Below are positions 1-11,659 of a DNA stretch of 64,000 nt, one piece after another. Under the pieces are notes generated by a model that was given only the letters and a program-made list of their open reading frames with translations, made no database searches and was not told the origin of the DNA. The translations under genes were made by a program, and so were the position numbers. The stretch's first letter is position 1, and each line of letters starts with the position of its first letter. The DNA comes from Octopus sinensis (Eukaryota): assembly GCF_006345805.1 (NCBI RefSeq), contig NC_043002.1, positions 3,782,001 through 3,846,000 on the forward strand, in the 5' to 3' direction.

Positions 1-181
1 TGAATAAGTTTTTGTGAGTGAAAGTTTTATGCTTCAGCTAGCATTTGAGACGAAAGACAAACGATAACGCTATAGAGGGGATACAATAAATATAAGGCTT
101 GCAAAACAATGAAAAGAGGAAACAGGTCGGGAACTTAGCTGATGTTTTTCATCCTGCGGAAGCGAGTGAAGGTGAGATATA

Positions 182-184
<3 letters not shown>

Positions 185-251
<67 letters not shown>

Positions 252-275
252 AGAGAGAGAGGAGAGAGAGAGGAA
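185..275. repeat. (AG)n microsatellite
   Basis: Direct tandem AG repeat; it generates the RERERE/SLSLSL ORFs at 70-339. Confidence 0.95.
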
Positions 276-471
276 GTTGAAAACAGAGGGAGAACCGACA
301 CCACATAGCGAGAGAGAGAATTGGGAGATGAGGTTTTAGGCGGCAGAAAGAAGACAGGATTGAGATGAAATGCTTTGCGGTGGTGTGAATAAGTTTTTGT
401 GGAGTGAAAGTTTTATGCTTCAGCTAGCATTTGAGACGAAAGACAATGATAACGATATATATATATATATA

Positions 472-870
472 TACTCTTACTCTTTTACTTGTTTCAGTCA
501 TTTGACTGCGGCCATGCTGGAGCACCGCCTTTAGTTGAGCAATTCGACCCCAGGACTTATTCTTTGTAAGCTCAGTACTTATTCTATCGGTCTCTTTTGC
601 CGAACCGCTAAGTAACGGGGACATAAACACACCAGCATCGGTTGTCAAGCAATGCTAAGGGGACAAACACAGACACACAAACACACACACATGCACATAT
701 ATATATATACGACAGGCTTCCTTCAGTTTCCGTCTACCAAATCCACTCACAAGGCTTTGGTCGGCCCGGGGCTATAGCAGAAGACACTTGCCCAAGATGC
801 CACGCAGTGGGACTGAACCCGGAACCTTGTGGTTGGTTAGCAAGCTACTTACCACACAGCCACTCCTGCG
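472..870 (-). mobile_element. tRNA-headed SINE, family A, full length
   Basis: Minus strand: A-box TGGCTGTGTGGT, B-box GGTTCAGTCCC, CORE-like TTGGGCAAGTGTCTT body, internal (TA)n(TG)n tract, 3' half ending in (AAGAGTA)n. About 15 copies in the window. Confidence 0.9.
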
Positions 871-968
871 ATTATAATAATAAGAATAAAAAAGAAAAAA
901 GGGTGGGAAGCACCGTGTATGTCCTATACGCTTTGAATACCACGCATGTTTTTTGCTTATTATTTTTT

Positions 969-1004
<36 letters not shown>

Positions 1005-1374
1005 TTGACAATTATTTATCTGGCATACAATATCCTAAATACCGAATCAATCCTTGTTAGAGTCCGCTTTCTGTTTTTCTTGTTGTTTTAGCTTCAAATA
1101 TTAAAAAACAAAAATCTAAAAATCTAGATGACATGATAAAGCAATTATTATTATAACCCGCTACAAGTAATTACATAATTTTGTTTTATTTTTTTTCCTC
1201 TTTATTTCTAGAAATATAAATATTTTTGGATCAGAAATAAATGAAAAACGAACCACGACAAAAGGCTTTATGAATTTATTGAATGGAAGCTTTGTGTAAC
1301 TATCAAAATGGGAGCTTCACTTTATTTAATGCTACATATTCTATGAGTCATACGAAAAACACCAAGCACTGACA

Positions 1375-1468
1375 TAATAATAATGATAACAACAACAACA
1401 ATAATTAGTTCACTGGTAATGAACAGCTGATAATGATGATAATAATAATAATGATAATAATAATAATA

Positions 1469-1521
<53 letters not shown>

Positions 1522-1616
1522 TAATTATAATAATAATAAAAAAATAATAATAATAATAAAAAAATAATAATAATAATAAAAATAAAATAATAATAATAAT
1601 AAAATAATAATAATAA

Positions 1617-1652
<36 letters not shown>

Positions 1653-1680
1653 AAAAAAAAATAATTATAATAATAATAAG
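1375..1680. repeat. (AAT)n microsatellite
   Basis: About 300 bp of imperfect AAT repeat. Confidence 0.95.
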
Positions 1681-1802
1681 GATGTACTTAAACAAGTGCC
1701 CCCCCCCCGACTGTGTTTCCTTATAACTTTCAGAAAAATGGATGTTTTTTTTAATGAAATTTTCTAATAAATACGCCTGAGATGATGTAGGTTACGATTA
1801 AG

Positions 1803-2043
1803 TTCTTTTATTTGCTTCAGTGATTTGATTGCGGCCATGCTGGAGCAGCGTATTTTGTCGAACAAATCAACCCCGGGACTTATTCTTTGTAAGCCTAGTA
1901 CTTATTCTGTCGGTCACTTTTGCCGAACCGCCAGGTTACGGGGACGTAAACACCAGCATCGGTTGTCAAGCGATGTTGGGGTGACAGACACAGACACACA
2001 AACATATACACACACACGCATGTATATATATATATAGATATAT

Positions 2044-2075
<32 letters not shown>

Positions 2076-2200
2076 CGACGGGCTTCTTTCAGTGCTATAG
2101 TAGAAGAAAACACTTGCCCAAGGTGCCACGCAGTGGGACTGAACCCGAGACCATGTGGTTGGTAAGCTAGCTACTTTACCACACAGCTACTCCTGAGCCT
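1803..2200 (-). mobile_element. SINE family A
   Basis: Collinear with 472-870. Confidence 0.88.
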
Positions 2201-2750
2201 ATATCGGAATTTCTTGTGAAAAACCTTTTGGTGATGAAATTCTGGCAATTTGCACGAGTCCGCTTTTTTTCCTCATAACTCAGAAAAAAAAAAAAACGTA
2301 TTTTTAAATGAAATTTTGGTTTTCAGGGTGTGTTATTTTATTATATAGGAAGAATCTCATATGAATTAAAAAACAAAATAAAAGTGATCTTGTACACAAA
2401 CATACTGACACAGAATTTGTTTTTAGAAATTTCAGGTTTCCTTTTGTAGCTGTAGGCGATGTGTGTCAGTATGAACTCACCAAATTTCTTTTCATATTGA
2501 ATTCCGATATAATAGTAATTTACACACACTGTAAGGTATTTGTAGAAAATTTCATAACAAAATACCTATTTTCCTGAACGTTATGATGAAACAAAGCCAA
2601 CCCATGAATTTTCTAAAACCTCTCACTTTCACCCTCGCAAAAAAGAAAAAAAAAAACACCCCAAATTCTTATCTAATCGGAATCTCCACCATCTGAAGCG
2701 TATTTTTAGAAAAAAAAATTCCATTTTTCCAGAAGTCACGAGGAAATAAA
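2200..2750. repeat. Modular AT-rich dispersed repeat (CATAACTT..GAAAAA..TTTT..AATGAAATTTT units in both orientations)
   Basis: Units recur at about 1715-1800, 2200-2750 and 38040-38660; class unknown. Confidence 0.5.
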
Positions 2751-2797
2751 ATCGATGTGTGTGTTTGTGGGGCACACTTGTGTAGGTATGTCAATAA

Positions 2798-2955
2798 TAT
2801 CGACCCCAGGGCGTAACTGGTACTTATTTAATCGACATCGAAAGGATGAAAGGCAAAGTCAATCCCGGCGGAATTTGAACTCAGAACGTAGCGACGAGCG
2901 AAATACCGCCAAGTATTTCGCCCAGCGTACTCACGATCCTGCCAGCTCGCTGCCT
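2798..2955 (-). mobile_element. tRNA-headed SINE, family B (Meta/MESC-like core)
   Basis: Head GGCAGCGAGCTGGCAGGATCG, B-box CTGAGTTCAAATTCC, core GACTTTGCCTTTCATCCTTTCG..GTCGAT.AAATAAGTACCAG resembling the Meta/MESC SINE domain (recalled). Confidence 0.85.
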
Positions 2956-3012
2956 AAGGTGTGTCAATAATAATAATAATAATAATGGTTCGGATCTTTT
3001 CTGTAACAGGTC

Positions 3013-3122
3013 CCGAAAGGATGAAAGGCAAAGTCGACCGCGGCGGAATTTGAACTCAGGACGTAACGACGGACGAAATGTTTAGCGGTATTTCGTCCGG
3101 CGTAGTAACGATTCTGCCGACC
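3013..3122 (-). mobile_element. SINE family B fragment
   Basis: Same B-box and core as 2798-2955. Confidence 0.8.
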
Positions 3123-3164
3123 CATTATTATTAATAAATAATGGTTTCATATTTTGGCACATCT

Positions 3165-3502
3165 GAGACCCCCTTCGGTCACGACACAGACCATGGGATT
3201 GCACCTAGAAAGTTACCCTCCCAGGCACAAGTTCGAGCAAGGTTGTTTATGGAAGACCAGCAGTCACCCATGCATACCGGCCTCCCCTCTCCACGCCACA
3301 GTGTTCTCCAAGGGAAAGGCAAAAGGGGCCGATACAGATTGGCACCTGTGATGTCGCAACTTATTTCTACAGCTGAGTGAACTGGAGCAACGTGAAATAA
3401 AGTGTCTTGCTCAAGAACACAACACGTAGCCCGGTCCGGGATTCGAGCTCACAACCTCACGATCGTAAGCTCGACGCTCTAACCACTGAGCCATCGCCTT
3501 CA
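3165..3502 (-). mobile_element. tRNA-headed CORE-like SINE, family D
   Basis: Head GGCTCAGTGGTTAGAGCG, B-box GCTCGAATCCC, CORE-like TTGAGCAAGACACTTTATTTCACG, tail GACCGAAGGGGGTCT; matches 5633-5970 and 36682-36962. Confidence 0.88.
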
Positions 3503-3524
3503 CATGGCCAGCAATTTCAGGGAG

Positions 3525-3602
3525 GGTGGGGTAAGTTGATTACATCGACCCTTAGTATTCAACTGGACTCCGAAAAGATGAAAGGTAAGGTCGACCTCGG
3601 AT
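3525..3602 (-). mobile_element. SINE family B core fragment
   Basis: GAGGTCGACCTTACCTTTCATCTTTTCGGAGTC core. Confidence 0.65.
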
Positions 3603-3816
3603 GAATATTAACAATGATGACGATGATGATGACGACGACGATGATGATTTTATTTATCATAAAAGGTTTACTTAATAATTAAAAAAAAAACATAAATGGA
3701 TAAAACTGTGTGTGTGTGTGTAAACAGGTTTAACAAAAAGGTTTAATAATGTTGACGATGTGACTTTTCTTCTAAATGCTGACGAATATTACGTGTGTCT
3801 CGCTCTCCTTATTCAA

Positions 3817-4055
3817 TGACGTTTCCTCTTGAGGCGGGAAAACCACGACTTTATAATCTCGATGGCTTCGCTGACGATTTTATTTACAGTAAATCTATCT
3901 CGGATCAGTTTTGACTTTCCTATTTTTTTTCTACAAACAATCAAAATAACAATAATTCTATTATCTTGTTGTTGCTGTTGTTGTTGTTCGTCTTCTTCTC
4001 CTCTCCCTCCTCCTCCTCCTCTTCCTTCCATAACTTGCGTCATTAAGGCGGGAAA
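3817..4055. promoter_or_regulatory. Candidate regulatory element: two GGCGGGAAA (E2F-type) sites, each next to a TGACG (CRE/ATF) half-site
   Basis: GGCGGGAAA at 3833-3841 and 4047-4055; TGACGT at 3817-3822; CGTCA at 4038-4042; unique, non-repeat sequence. Confidence 0.3.
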
Positions 4056-4099
4056 CAGCGGTGCTGCTACTGTTACTAACATTTCGTCACCAGCTCCAC

Positions 4100-4265
4100 C
4101 TTCAACACCACCACCACAACCACCATCACCACCACCACCACCACCACCACCACCACCGCCGCCGCCGCCGCCACCACCACCACCACCACCACCACTACTA
4201 TTACTACTACTTTATTATTATTATTATTTTTATTTTTATTTATTTATTTATTTATTTACTTATTT
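4100..4265. repeat. (CCA)n followed by (TTA)/(TTTA)n
   Basis: Direct tandem repeats; source of the poly-Pro and poly-His ORFs. Confidence 0.9.
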
Positions 4266-4676
4266 ATTTTCCACATGCGACAGGCCCGACCCGCCCAATA
4301 TTTCTTATCATACAAACGATTCTTTAAGCTTTTTCAATCTTGAAATTTAGATTTTGAGAGACGCACATAATTCCTTAAGGAACGGATCTTTACAAGAGCC
4401 GTGGGCAACGGCAACCTGCGGCCCGCGGGACTTACTGAATGGCATGACTAATGAGAAATTACCTTGAAATATGTTTAGTAACGCGGCCCGCTTCTTGGGA
4501 AATATTTCTCGTGCCTGCTGTGCAAAGTGGCTTGACTTTGCTAGAAATAAGAGTCAAATCTCGCGCCTGTCACAGAAGGGAGTGTGGGAGGAGAACGGTA
4601 GGGGGTACGTACAGGTGGAAGTAGTGAATAGTGACTAAGAGGGACGGAGGGGTTTGAGAGATAGAGAGCGTGTGAA

Positions 4677-4980
4677 GGCACGTGGCTCAGTGGTTAGGGT
4701 ACTTAGCTCAGAGATTGCAAGGTCTTGAGTTTGATCTCTGGCTGCACGTTGAGTCCTTAAACAAGACACTCTATTTCACGTTGTTCCAGCCCACACATCT
4801 GGTAAAATACGAGTCGTGCCTGTGATTCGAAGGACCGGCCTTGTCACATTCTGTGTCACGCTGAATCTCTCTACGAATTACGATGAGGGTACACGTGTGT
4901 CTGTGGAGTACTCAGCCACTTGCATGTCAATTCTACCACCAGGATCTTTCTGTTGGTCGGATCAACTGAATCACTTGTCA
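4677..4980 (+). mobile_element. Chimeric SINE: family D-type head and CORE-like body joined to a family E tail
   Basis: 5' 130 bp resemble family D; 3' part CTTGTCACA..TGTGTCACGCTGAATC..GGGTACACGTGT..CTCAGCCACTTGCA matches 48920-49098. Confidence 0.75.
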
Positions 4981-5404
4981 AACTGGGATTAGGGTTAGGG
5001 GTTGGGAAAGGGTATCTTTTTTTCTTCACAAATGTAAATAAACCCAATCTGTTTCTTAAAGGGACATATTCATTATGCACAGAATGTTATTTACCTAAAT
5101 GGACTCCAGCGATTGGTTAAAATTGCTGAAATGCTCGAAATTAAAGACGAAATATGTTACAACCTATAGAATTTTCTCAATAAAGCCAAGAGAAAATGAT
5201 GTTTTATAAACACATTCTACCAGTATACGAAGTTTAAAACTTTTTAGTTACCTAGAAATTATGTTACAAAGTGTCGTTCAAAAGGAAAAAAATCCTCAAA
5301 CTGTCATCCTAATTCCAAAAAGGTAGAATATGTCTATGTAGCGCAAATGTAGACTGAGAAATAAGGGTCCCAGACGGACAGACAGAATTCCACTTTTATT
5401 AATA

Positions 5405-5593
5405 CGCACACACACACACGCACATACAGAAATATGTATGTATGTATATATACGATGGGCTTCTTTCAGTTTCCATCTACAAAATCCACTCACAAGACTT
5501 AGTAGAAGGCATTTGCCCAAGGTGCCACGCAGTGGGACTGAACGTAGAACCATGTGGTTGGTGAAGCAAGCTTCTTACCACACAGCTGCGCCT
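5405..5593 (-). mobile_element. SINE family A, 5' half
   Basis: Head and body up to the internal microsatellite. Confidence 0.8.
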
Positions 5594-5632
5594 ATATACA
5601 TACATATATATATATTATATATATATATATAT

Positions 5633-5970
5633 GCGCATGGCTCAGTGGTTAGAGCGTCGAGCTTACGATCATGAGGTTGTGAGCTCGAATCCCGGACCGG
5701 GCTGCGTGTTGTGTTCTTGAGCAAGGCACTTTATTTCACGTTGCTCCAGTTCACTCAGCCGTAGAAATGAGTTGCGACGTCACAGGTGCCAAGCTGTATC
5801 GACCTTTGTCTTACCCTTGGATAACACTGGTGGTGTGGAGAGGGGAGGCTGGTATGCATGGGCGACTGCTGGTCTTCCATAAAAAACCTTGCTCGGACTT
5901 GTGTCTAGGAAGGTAACTTTCTAGGTGCAATCCCATGGTCATTCATGACCGAAGGGGGTCTTTACCCTTA
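5633..5970 (+). mobile_element. SINE family D, full length
   Basis: A-box GGCTCAGTGGTT, B-box GCTCGAATCCC, CORE-like body, tail GACCGAAGGGGGTCTT. Confidence 0.88.
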
Positions 5971-5987
5971 TATATATTATATATATA

Positions 5988-6030
<43 letters not shown>

Positions 6031-6068
6031 ATATTATGTATGTATATATATATATATGTGTATATATA

Positions 6069-6118
<50 letters not shown>

Positions 6119-6180
6119 ATATATTATATATACATTATGTATGTATATATGTATATAGGCGCAGCTGTGTGGTATATATG

Positions 6181-6232
<52 letters not shown>

Positions 6233-6299
6233 CATATATATATGTATGTATATATATATATATATATATATGTATACATATGTACATACACGCATACAT

Positions 6300-6330
<31 letters not shown>

Positions 6331-6405
6331 TATATGCATGCACATACACATCTATATATGTGCACATATACATTCAGCCATTAAATTATATTTGTGTGTG
6401 TGTGT
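5971..6405. repeat. (TA)n/(CATA)n microsatellite
   Basis: Direct; source of the YIYI ORFs. Confidence 0.95.
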
Positions 6406-7220
6406 TTAAGTAGAGAAAAAGTCCCTAACTTCTTTGCTACAGTTTGTTTATTCCTTCAAAGATGGTGACACATTTTACGTTGTGTTTCCTACTCAGTTTT
6501 GTGTTTGTTGTGATGAGAAAGAGATGGAGGCGGTGGGGTGGGGTGGGGCTGGCATGGCACCAGAGCTGAGTCTCATTGTAAAGGAAAACGGGTTTCTGTA
6601 GAAATAGCCCAACTTGCCCGTCTCCGCAGCCTGAATATTGTCGGTGCCAGATTGCGAATGGAAGAGAAAACACTGCCGTCAAGTAGACACCAATTATCTG
6701 ATATCAAAACAGTCTCTCTCTATAGAGTGACCTTAATTCGTTTGTTGCTGGGAGGAGTGTTTCCATAGACGCTTAACGAAGTTTCTAGTTTCTTGCGTAA
6801 CATTTTGAAGTGTTACATCAGAATTTACACATAAAGTCTAAATATTCTGTTGCAACATCATAAGTTACGGTTTTTTTTTTTTTTTAGTGTTTGGTGTTAG
6901 AGTCTGTTACGTATTGAGTAACAGAGATCGTTTTTGTTTCCATTCTCCTTACTTTCAAAGTATTTGTAAAGGAGACGTGTAATACATTTTATCTCTGGAT
7001 TTCTGGGAGAGAAAAATGATATATACACTTACTTTTAAATATGTTCTTCTACAGCCTTATACTGGGCTGGCACTTGGAAGTGCAAGGCCCAATTTAAGAA
7101 TTATCAGTGGGGCGGGCCCTCGACTCTACAAAAGTTGAAGATTGATGTTTTATACTTCATGTAGTATGCCAGTCGCAGCCAAAAAGCATTGAGGAGTTGA
7201 GGCGCTACCATTAGCTACAA

Positions 7221-7498
7221 TCATCATCATCATCATTGTTTAACGTCCGCTTTCCATGCTAGCATGGGTTGGACGATTTGACTGAGGACTGACGAACCAG
7301 ATGGCTGCACCAGGTTCCAATCTTAATCTGGCAGAGTTTCTACATCTGGATGCCCTTCCTAACACCAACCACTCCAAGAGTGTAGTGGGTGCTTTTAAAG
7401 TGCCACCGGCACGAGGGCCAGTCTAGCGGTACTGGCAACGACCACGCTCGAAAATGGTGTTTTTTACGTGCCACCTGCCCAGGAGTCAGTCCAGCAGC
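7221..7498 (-). mobile_element. Family C element (RTE 3'-UTR-derived, (GAT)n tail)
   Basis: Contains GGTTGGTGTTAGGAAGGGCATCCAG and ..CATGCTAGCATGGAAAGCGGACGTTAAAC(GAT)n, matching 19690-19851. Confidence 0.85.
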
Positions 7499-7577
7499 AC
7501 TACAATGATGTACAAAAATCTGAAAGCTCATACGAAAGTTTTAATGTTTTAATACAAATCAAAATAATTGAGAAGAC

Positions 7578-8226
7578 ATACATAAAACAAGACATACAAA
7601 TCTGCACACATACATACATACATACATACATACATACATACATAAATACATAAATACATACATACATACATACATACATACATACACACATACATACATA
7701 CATACATACATACATACATACATACATACATACACACATACATACATACATACATACATACATACATACATACACACATACATACATATATACATACATA
7801 CATACATACATACATACATACATACATAAATACATACATACATACATACATACATACATACACACATACATACATACATACATACATACATACATACATA
7901 CATACATACATACATACATACATACATACATACATACATAGATACATACATACATACATACATACATACACACACACACATACATACATACATACATACA
8001 TACATACATACATACATACATACATACATGCATGCATGCATGCATGCATGTATGCACGCACGCACGCACGCACACACGCACACACGCACACACGCACACA
8101 CACACATACACACATACACACATACATACATACATACACACCACACACACACACACACACATACACACACACATACACACATACACACACATACATACAT
8201 ACATACACACATACACACACACACAC

Positions 8227-8274
<48 letters not shown>

Positions 8275-8301
8275 ACATACATACATACATACATACATAC
8301 A

Positions 8302-8333
<32 letters not shown>

Positions 8334-8630
8334 CATCATACATACATACACACACACATACATGCATACATACATACATACATACATACATACATACATA
8401 CACACACACATACATGCATACATACATACATACATACATACATACACACATGCATACATACATACATACATACATACATACATACATACATACATACATA
8501 CATACATACATACATACATACACACACACATACATGCATACATACATACATACATACATACATACATACATACACACACATACACACATACATACATACA
8601 TACATACATACATACACACATACATACATA
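7578..8630. repeat. About 1 kb (CATA)n/(CA)n compound microsatellite
   Basis: Direct; explains all 200-370 aa MYVC/HTYI ORFs here. Confidence 0.97.
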
Positions 8631-8756
8631 CCCTGTTGTTGATGTTGAAATTTCAATGAAGGATCTTTGGATCTAGGTTAGAAACTGGCTCTTTCTCTAT
8701 TGAAATCTTGAAATAAAACTAATTTACAAAGGTTTTTTTTACAATGTTATTGACAG

Positions 8757-8801
8757 GAAGGATCATCCTGAAATACATCAAAGGCATGTCAGAACCAGCA
8801 G
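8757..8801 (+). CDS. Candidate internal exon (xRIILKYIKGMSEPA), phase 1-1
   Basis: Acceptor TTTTACAATGTTATTGACAG|, donor CAG|GTATTC, 45 bp, open frame; no recognisable homology. Confidence 0.3.
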
Positions 8802-8996
8802 GTATTCACACCTTTAAAACCAAAGAATGCAGGTGAAACAGCAATTCAGTGAAAGCCAAAACAGACCTGATATTGTTCTGTGGGATAGGGGACAAAAGTC
8901 ATGCATTATTGCAGGGGTTAGCTGACCAGTGCATGTGAATGTACTGTCAAAAGTTCAGAAAGAAGAGAACATTTATGGTGAATACAGTTCTATATT

Positions 8997-9240
8997 TAAG
9001 AGATGAGGAATTATTTACATTATTTACATTTGACGGATATTTGTCCTCATCTTGCTTGTTGTTAACACAACGTTTCGGCTGATATACCCTCCATCCTTCA
9101 TCAGGTGTCTTGGGGAAATTTCGAACCTGGGTTCTCATTCCTAAGGTATTTTTCAAAGGCTGGAGGGTATATCAGCTGAAACATTGTGTTAACAACAAAC
9201 AAGATGTAATATCTGTCAAATGTAAATAATGTAAATAATT
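8997..9240 (-). mobile_element. Penelope-type terminal fragment (family F tail) with an inverted partial copy
   Basis: 9010-9152 matches 31975-32106; 9156-9240 is an inverted copy of 9010-9098. Confidence 0.75.
9064..9109 (-). ncRNA. Minimal type I hammerhead ribozyme motif
   Basis: GACAC-CUGAUGA-A-GGAUG..CAGCC-GAAA-CGUU-GUGUU: intact core, 5-bp stem I, stem II with one mismatch, palindromic ACGU stem III, GUU cleavage triplet. Confidence 0.65.
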
Positions 9241-9359
9241 TATGGTGAATCAATGCAGAACCTCCAGGTAGCCTGACTAAAAATTCTCGTTTGTACCTGT
9301 CATCAAAAGTACATTAGGCTTTGAATCAACAAATTGGCACTAAAACCTAGAGATCTATT

Positions 9360-9770
9360 ATCTTTTATTTGTTCTTTGCTTCAGTCATTAGACTGTAGCC
9401 ATGCTGGGGCACTGCCTTGAAGAATTTATTTTTGCTTTTTTGTTTTTTTAGCCTAGTACTCATTCACTTGGTGTCTTTTGCTGAACCACTAAGTTATGGG
9501 GATGTAAACACACCAACACCAGTAATCAAGCAGTGGAGGGAGACAAACACAGACACAAAGACACACACATATATTCATGTACACACACACATGTGCACAA
9601 CACACACATGCAATAGGATTCTTTCAGTTTCCATCTACCAAAATCCACTCACAAGTCTTTTGGTTGGCCTGAAGCTATAGTAGAAGACACTTGCCCAAGG
9701 TGCCATACAGTGGGACTGAACCCAGAACTAAGTGGTTGGGAAGCAAACTTCTTACCACACAGCCACACCT
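9360..9770 (-). mobile_element. SINE family A (diverged)
   Basis: Collinear with 472-870. Confidence 0.8.
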
Positions 9771-10047
9771 GGATGTTTGAAGAAAGAGCAAAAGAAACTG
9801 GCAAGGCTTCTCCAAACCCATTCAGTTGGTGGCACAATGGGGATTTGTAAGACATTTCAAAGATTCACATCAGAGATTCGTTACGTGAATAGATGCCCAC
9901 ACCTGTGGCTGTGTGCAGTGACCGGTCATCCACGAACTTACAAACACTAGGAAGCGTCTTAACTCAAGATGTCTTTTTGCTTTGTCAGTGACCAGCTTTG
10001 AATTCTTTGGAGAAGAACTTCAATAAAACTCAAAGAAAAATCAATAG

Positions 10048-10313
10048 CCTCACTGGCACCTGTGCTGGTGGCATGTGTAAAAGATTCGAGTGAGGTCATT
10101 GCCAGTACCGCCTGACTGGCCCCGTACCAGTGGCACGTAAAAACACCCACTACACTCTCGGAGTGGTTGGCGCTAGGAAGGGCATCCAGCTGTAGAAACT
10201 CTGCCAGATCAAGATTGAAGCCTGGTGCAGCCATCTGGTTTGCCAGTCCTCAGTCATTCGTCCAACCCATGCTAGCATGGAAAGCGGGCATTAAACGATG
10301 ATGATGATGATGA
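10048..10313 (+). mobile_element. Family C element
   Basis: GGCACGTAAAAACACCC module, GGAAGGGCATCC motif, (GAT)n tail. Confidence 0.85.
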
Positions 10314-10680
10314 TATACAAACGTATGTTTATACATAAATAGATACACACATATATACATACATACATGCATACATGCATACAAAACATGTTTATACATA
10401 AATACATATGCACATATATATACATATAATCATACATACATGCATAAATACATACACACATATATACATACATGCATACGTACATACATACACACATGTT
10501 TATACATAAATACATACATATATACACACACAAATATTATGTTTATACGTAAATATATACACACATATACATACATACATACACAAATGTTATGCTTATA
10601 CATAAATACATACACGTATACATACATACACAAATATTATGTTTATACATACATACTCACACAAACATACTGACATACAT
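10314..10680. repeat. Degenerate (CATA)-type simple repeat
   Basis: Direct. Confidence 0.85.
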
Positions 10681-10719
10681 AGTATGTAGAAACTGAATAA
10701 TTCATGAGATTCAGTCCAG

Positions 10720-10768
10720 ACACTAATTGGATTTATGGTGTATCAGCTTGCAATTTCCTGTATGAGAG
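10720..10768 (+). CDS. Candidate internal exon (DTNWIYGVSACNFLYE), phase 1-2
   Basis: Strong donor GAG|GTAAGC; weak acceptor (CCAG); acceptor was chosen to fit phase. Confidence 0.2.
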
Positions 10769-10804
10769 GTAAGCAATTTCACTGTTTCTATTAAGGTGTA
10801 AGAA

Positions 10805-10983
10805 TGGCTGCGTGGTAAAGAAGCTTGTTTCCTGACCATGTGGTCTCAGGTTCAGTCCCACTACATGGTGCAAGTACCTTCTGTTATAGCCCTAGGCTGA
10901 CCAAACCTTTGTGAGTTGATTTGGTAGATGGAAACTGAAAAGAGCCTGTCGAATATGTGTATGTGTGTGTATTTGTAAGTGCA

Positions 10984-11018
<35 letters not shown>

Positions 11019-11035
11019 ATCATAGGATGATTGTA
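10805..11035 (+). mobile_element. SINE family A, 5' part
   Basis: TGGCTGCGTGGT A-box, GGTTCAGTCCC B-box. Confidence 0.75.
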
Positions 11036-11304
11036 AATGACTTTTGTGATTATATAAACAATGTTGTTTGTTTTGAGTGTTTTCAGGAAAACATACCTTG
11101 TTATGAGAAAATGTTAATTACCTCGCTTGGAGACAGGTGTGGATTGGCAACTAGAAGGGGCATCCACCTTAGAAAATCAGTCTTAACACATTCCATCTGT
11201 CTCATGAAGCATGCAAAACACACATCAAATGATGGTGATGACGACGACGACGATGATGATGATGATGATGATGATATATGTATGCGGGTGTATATGTTTC
11301 TGTG

Positions 11305-11655
11305 TGCGTGAGTTGGCATGTAAAAGGCACCATTGAGCATTGGGCCTCATGGAGGCAGTGACAAGTGACCAAGCCCTTTGGTGATATACTGTGCTTGTGT
11401 TGACCTGCCAAGCCAAGTGAGACCATAGTCATGGCCAGTACTGGTGCCACATCAATGGCACCTATGCTGGTGGCACGTAAAAAGCACCCATTACACTCTT
11501 GGTGTGGTTGGCATTGGGAAGGGCATCCAGCTGTAGAAACCTTGCCAGATCAAGACTGGAGCCTGGTGCAGCTCTCCAGCTTACCAGTTTTCAGTCAAAC
11601 TATCCAACCCATGCCAGCATGGAAAGTGGATGTTAAATGATGATGATGATGATAA
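11305..11655 (+). mobile_element. Family C element, subtype with a different upstream module
   Basis: Core and (GAT)n tail as family C; upstream 125 bp match the reverse complement of 14345-14465. Confidence 0.8.
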
Positions 11656-11659
11656 TGAT

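Noticed and set aside
4986-5008. Telomeric TTAGGG repeats
   Set aside because: Only about two units, internal to what looks like a dispersed repeat.
5575-6175. About 35-bp inverted duplication of a SINE A head around the family D insertion
   Set aside because: Real but very short and embedded in (TA)n; likely a repair by-product with no further signal.
6602-6682. LRR-like exon EIAQLARLRSLNIVGARL..
   Set aside because: Phase-compatible with 8757, but both splice sites are weak and several other frames here look equally protein-like.
7500-8676. Long ORFs of 200-370 aa (MYVC.., HTYI..) and similar ORFs at 5939-6409, 44313-44945, 58072-58651 and 61776-62280
   Set aside because: Stop-free frames of (CATA)n/(TA)n/(CA)n/(GATA)n microsatellites; not protein-coding evidence.
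9989-10026. Terminal exon xTSFEFFGEELQ*
   Set aside because: Good acceptor but only 12 codons, and it conflicts with the longer exon chain; cannot be supported without reads.
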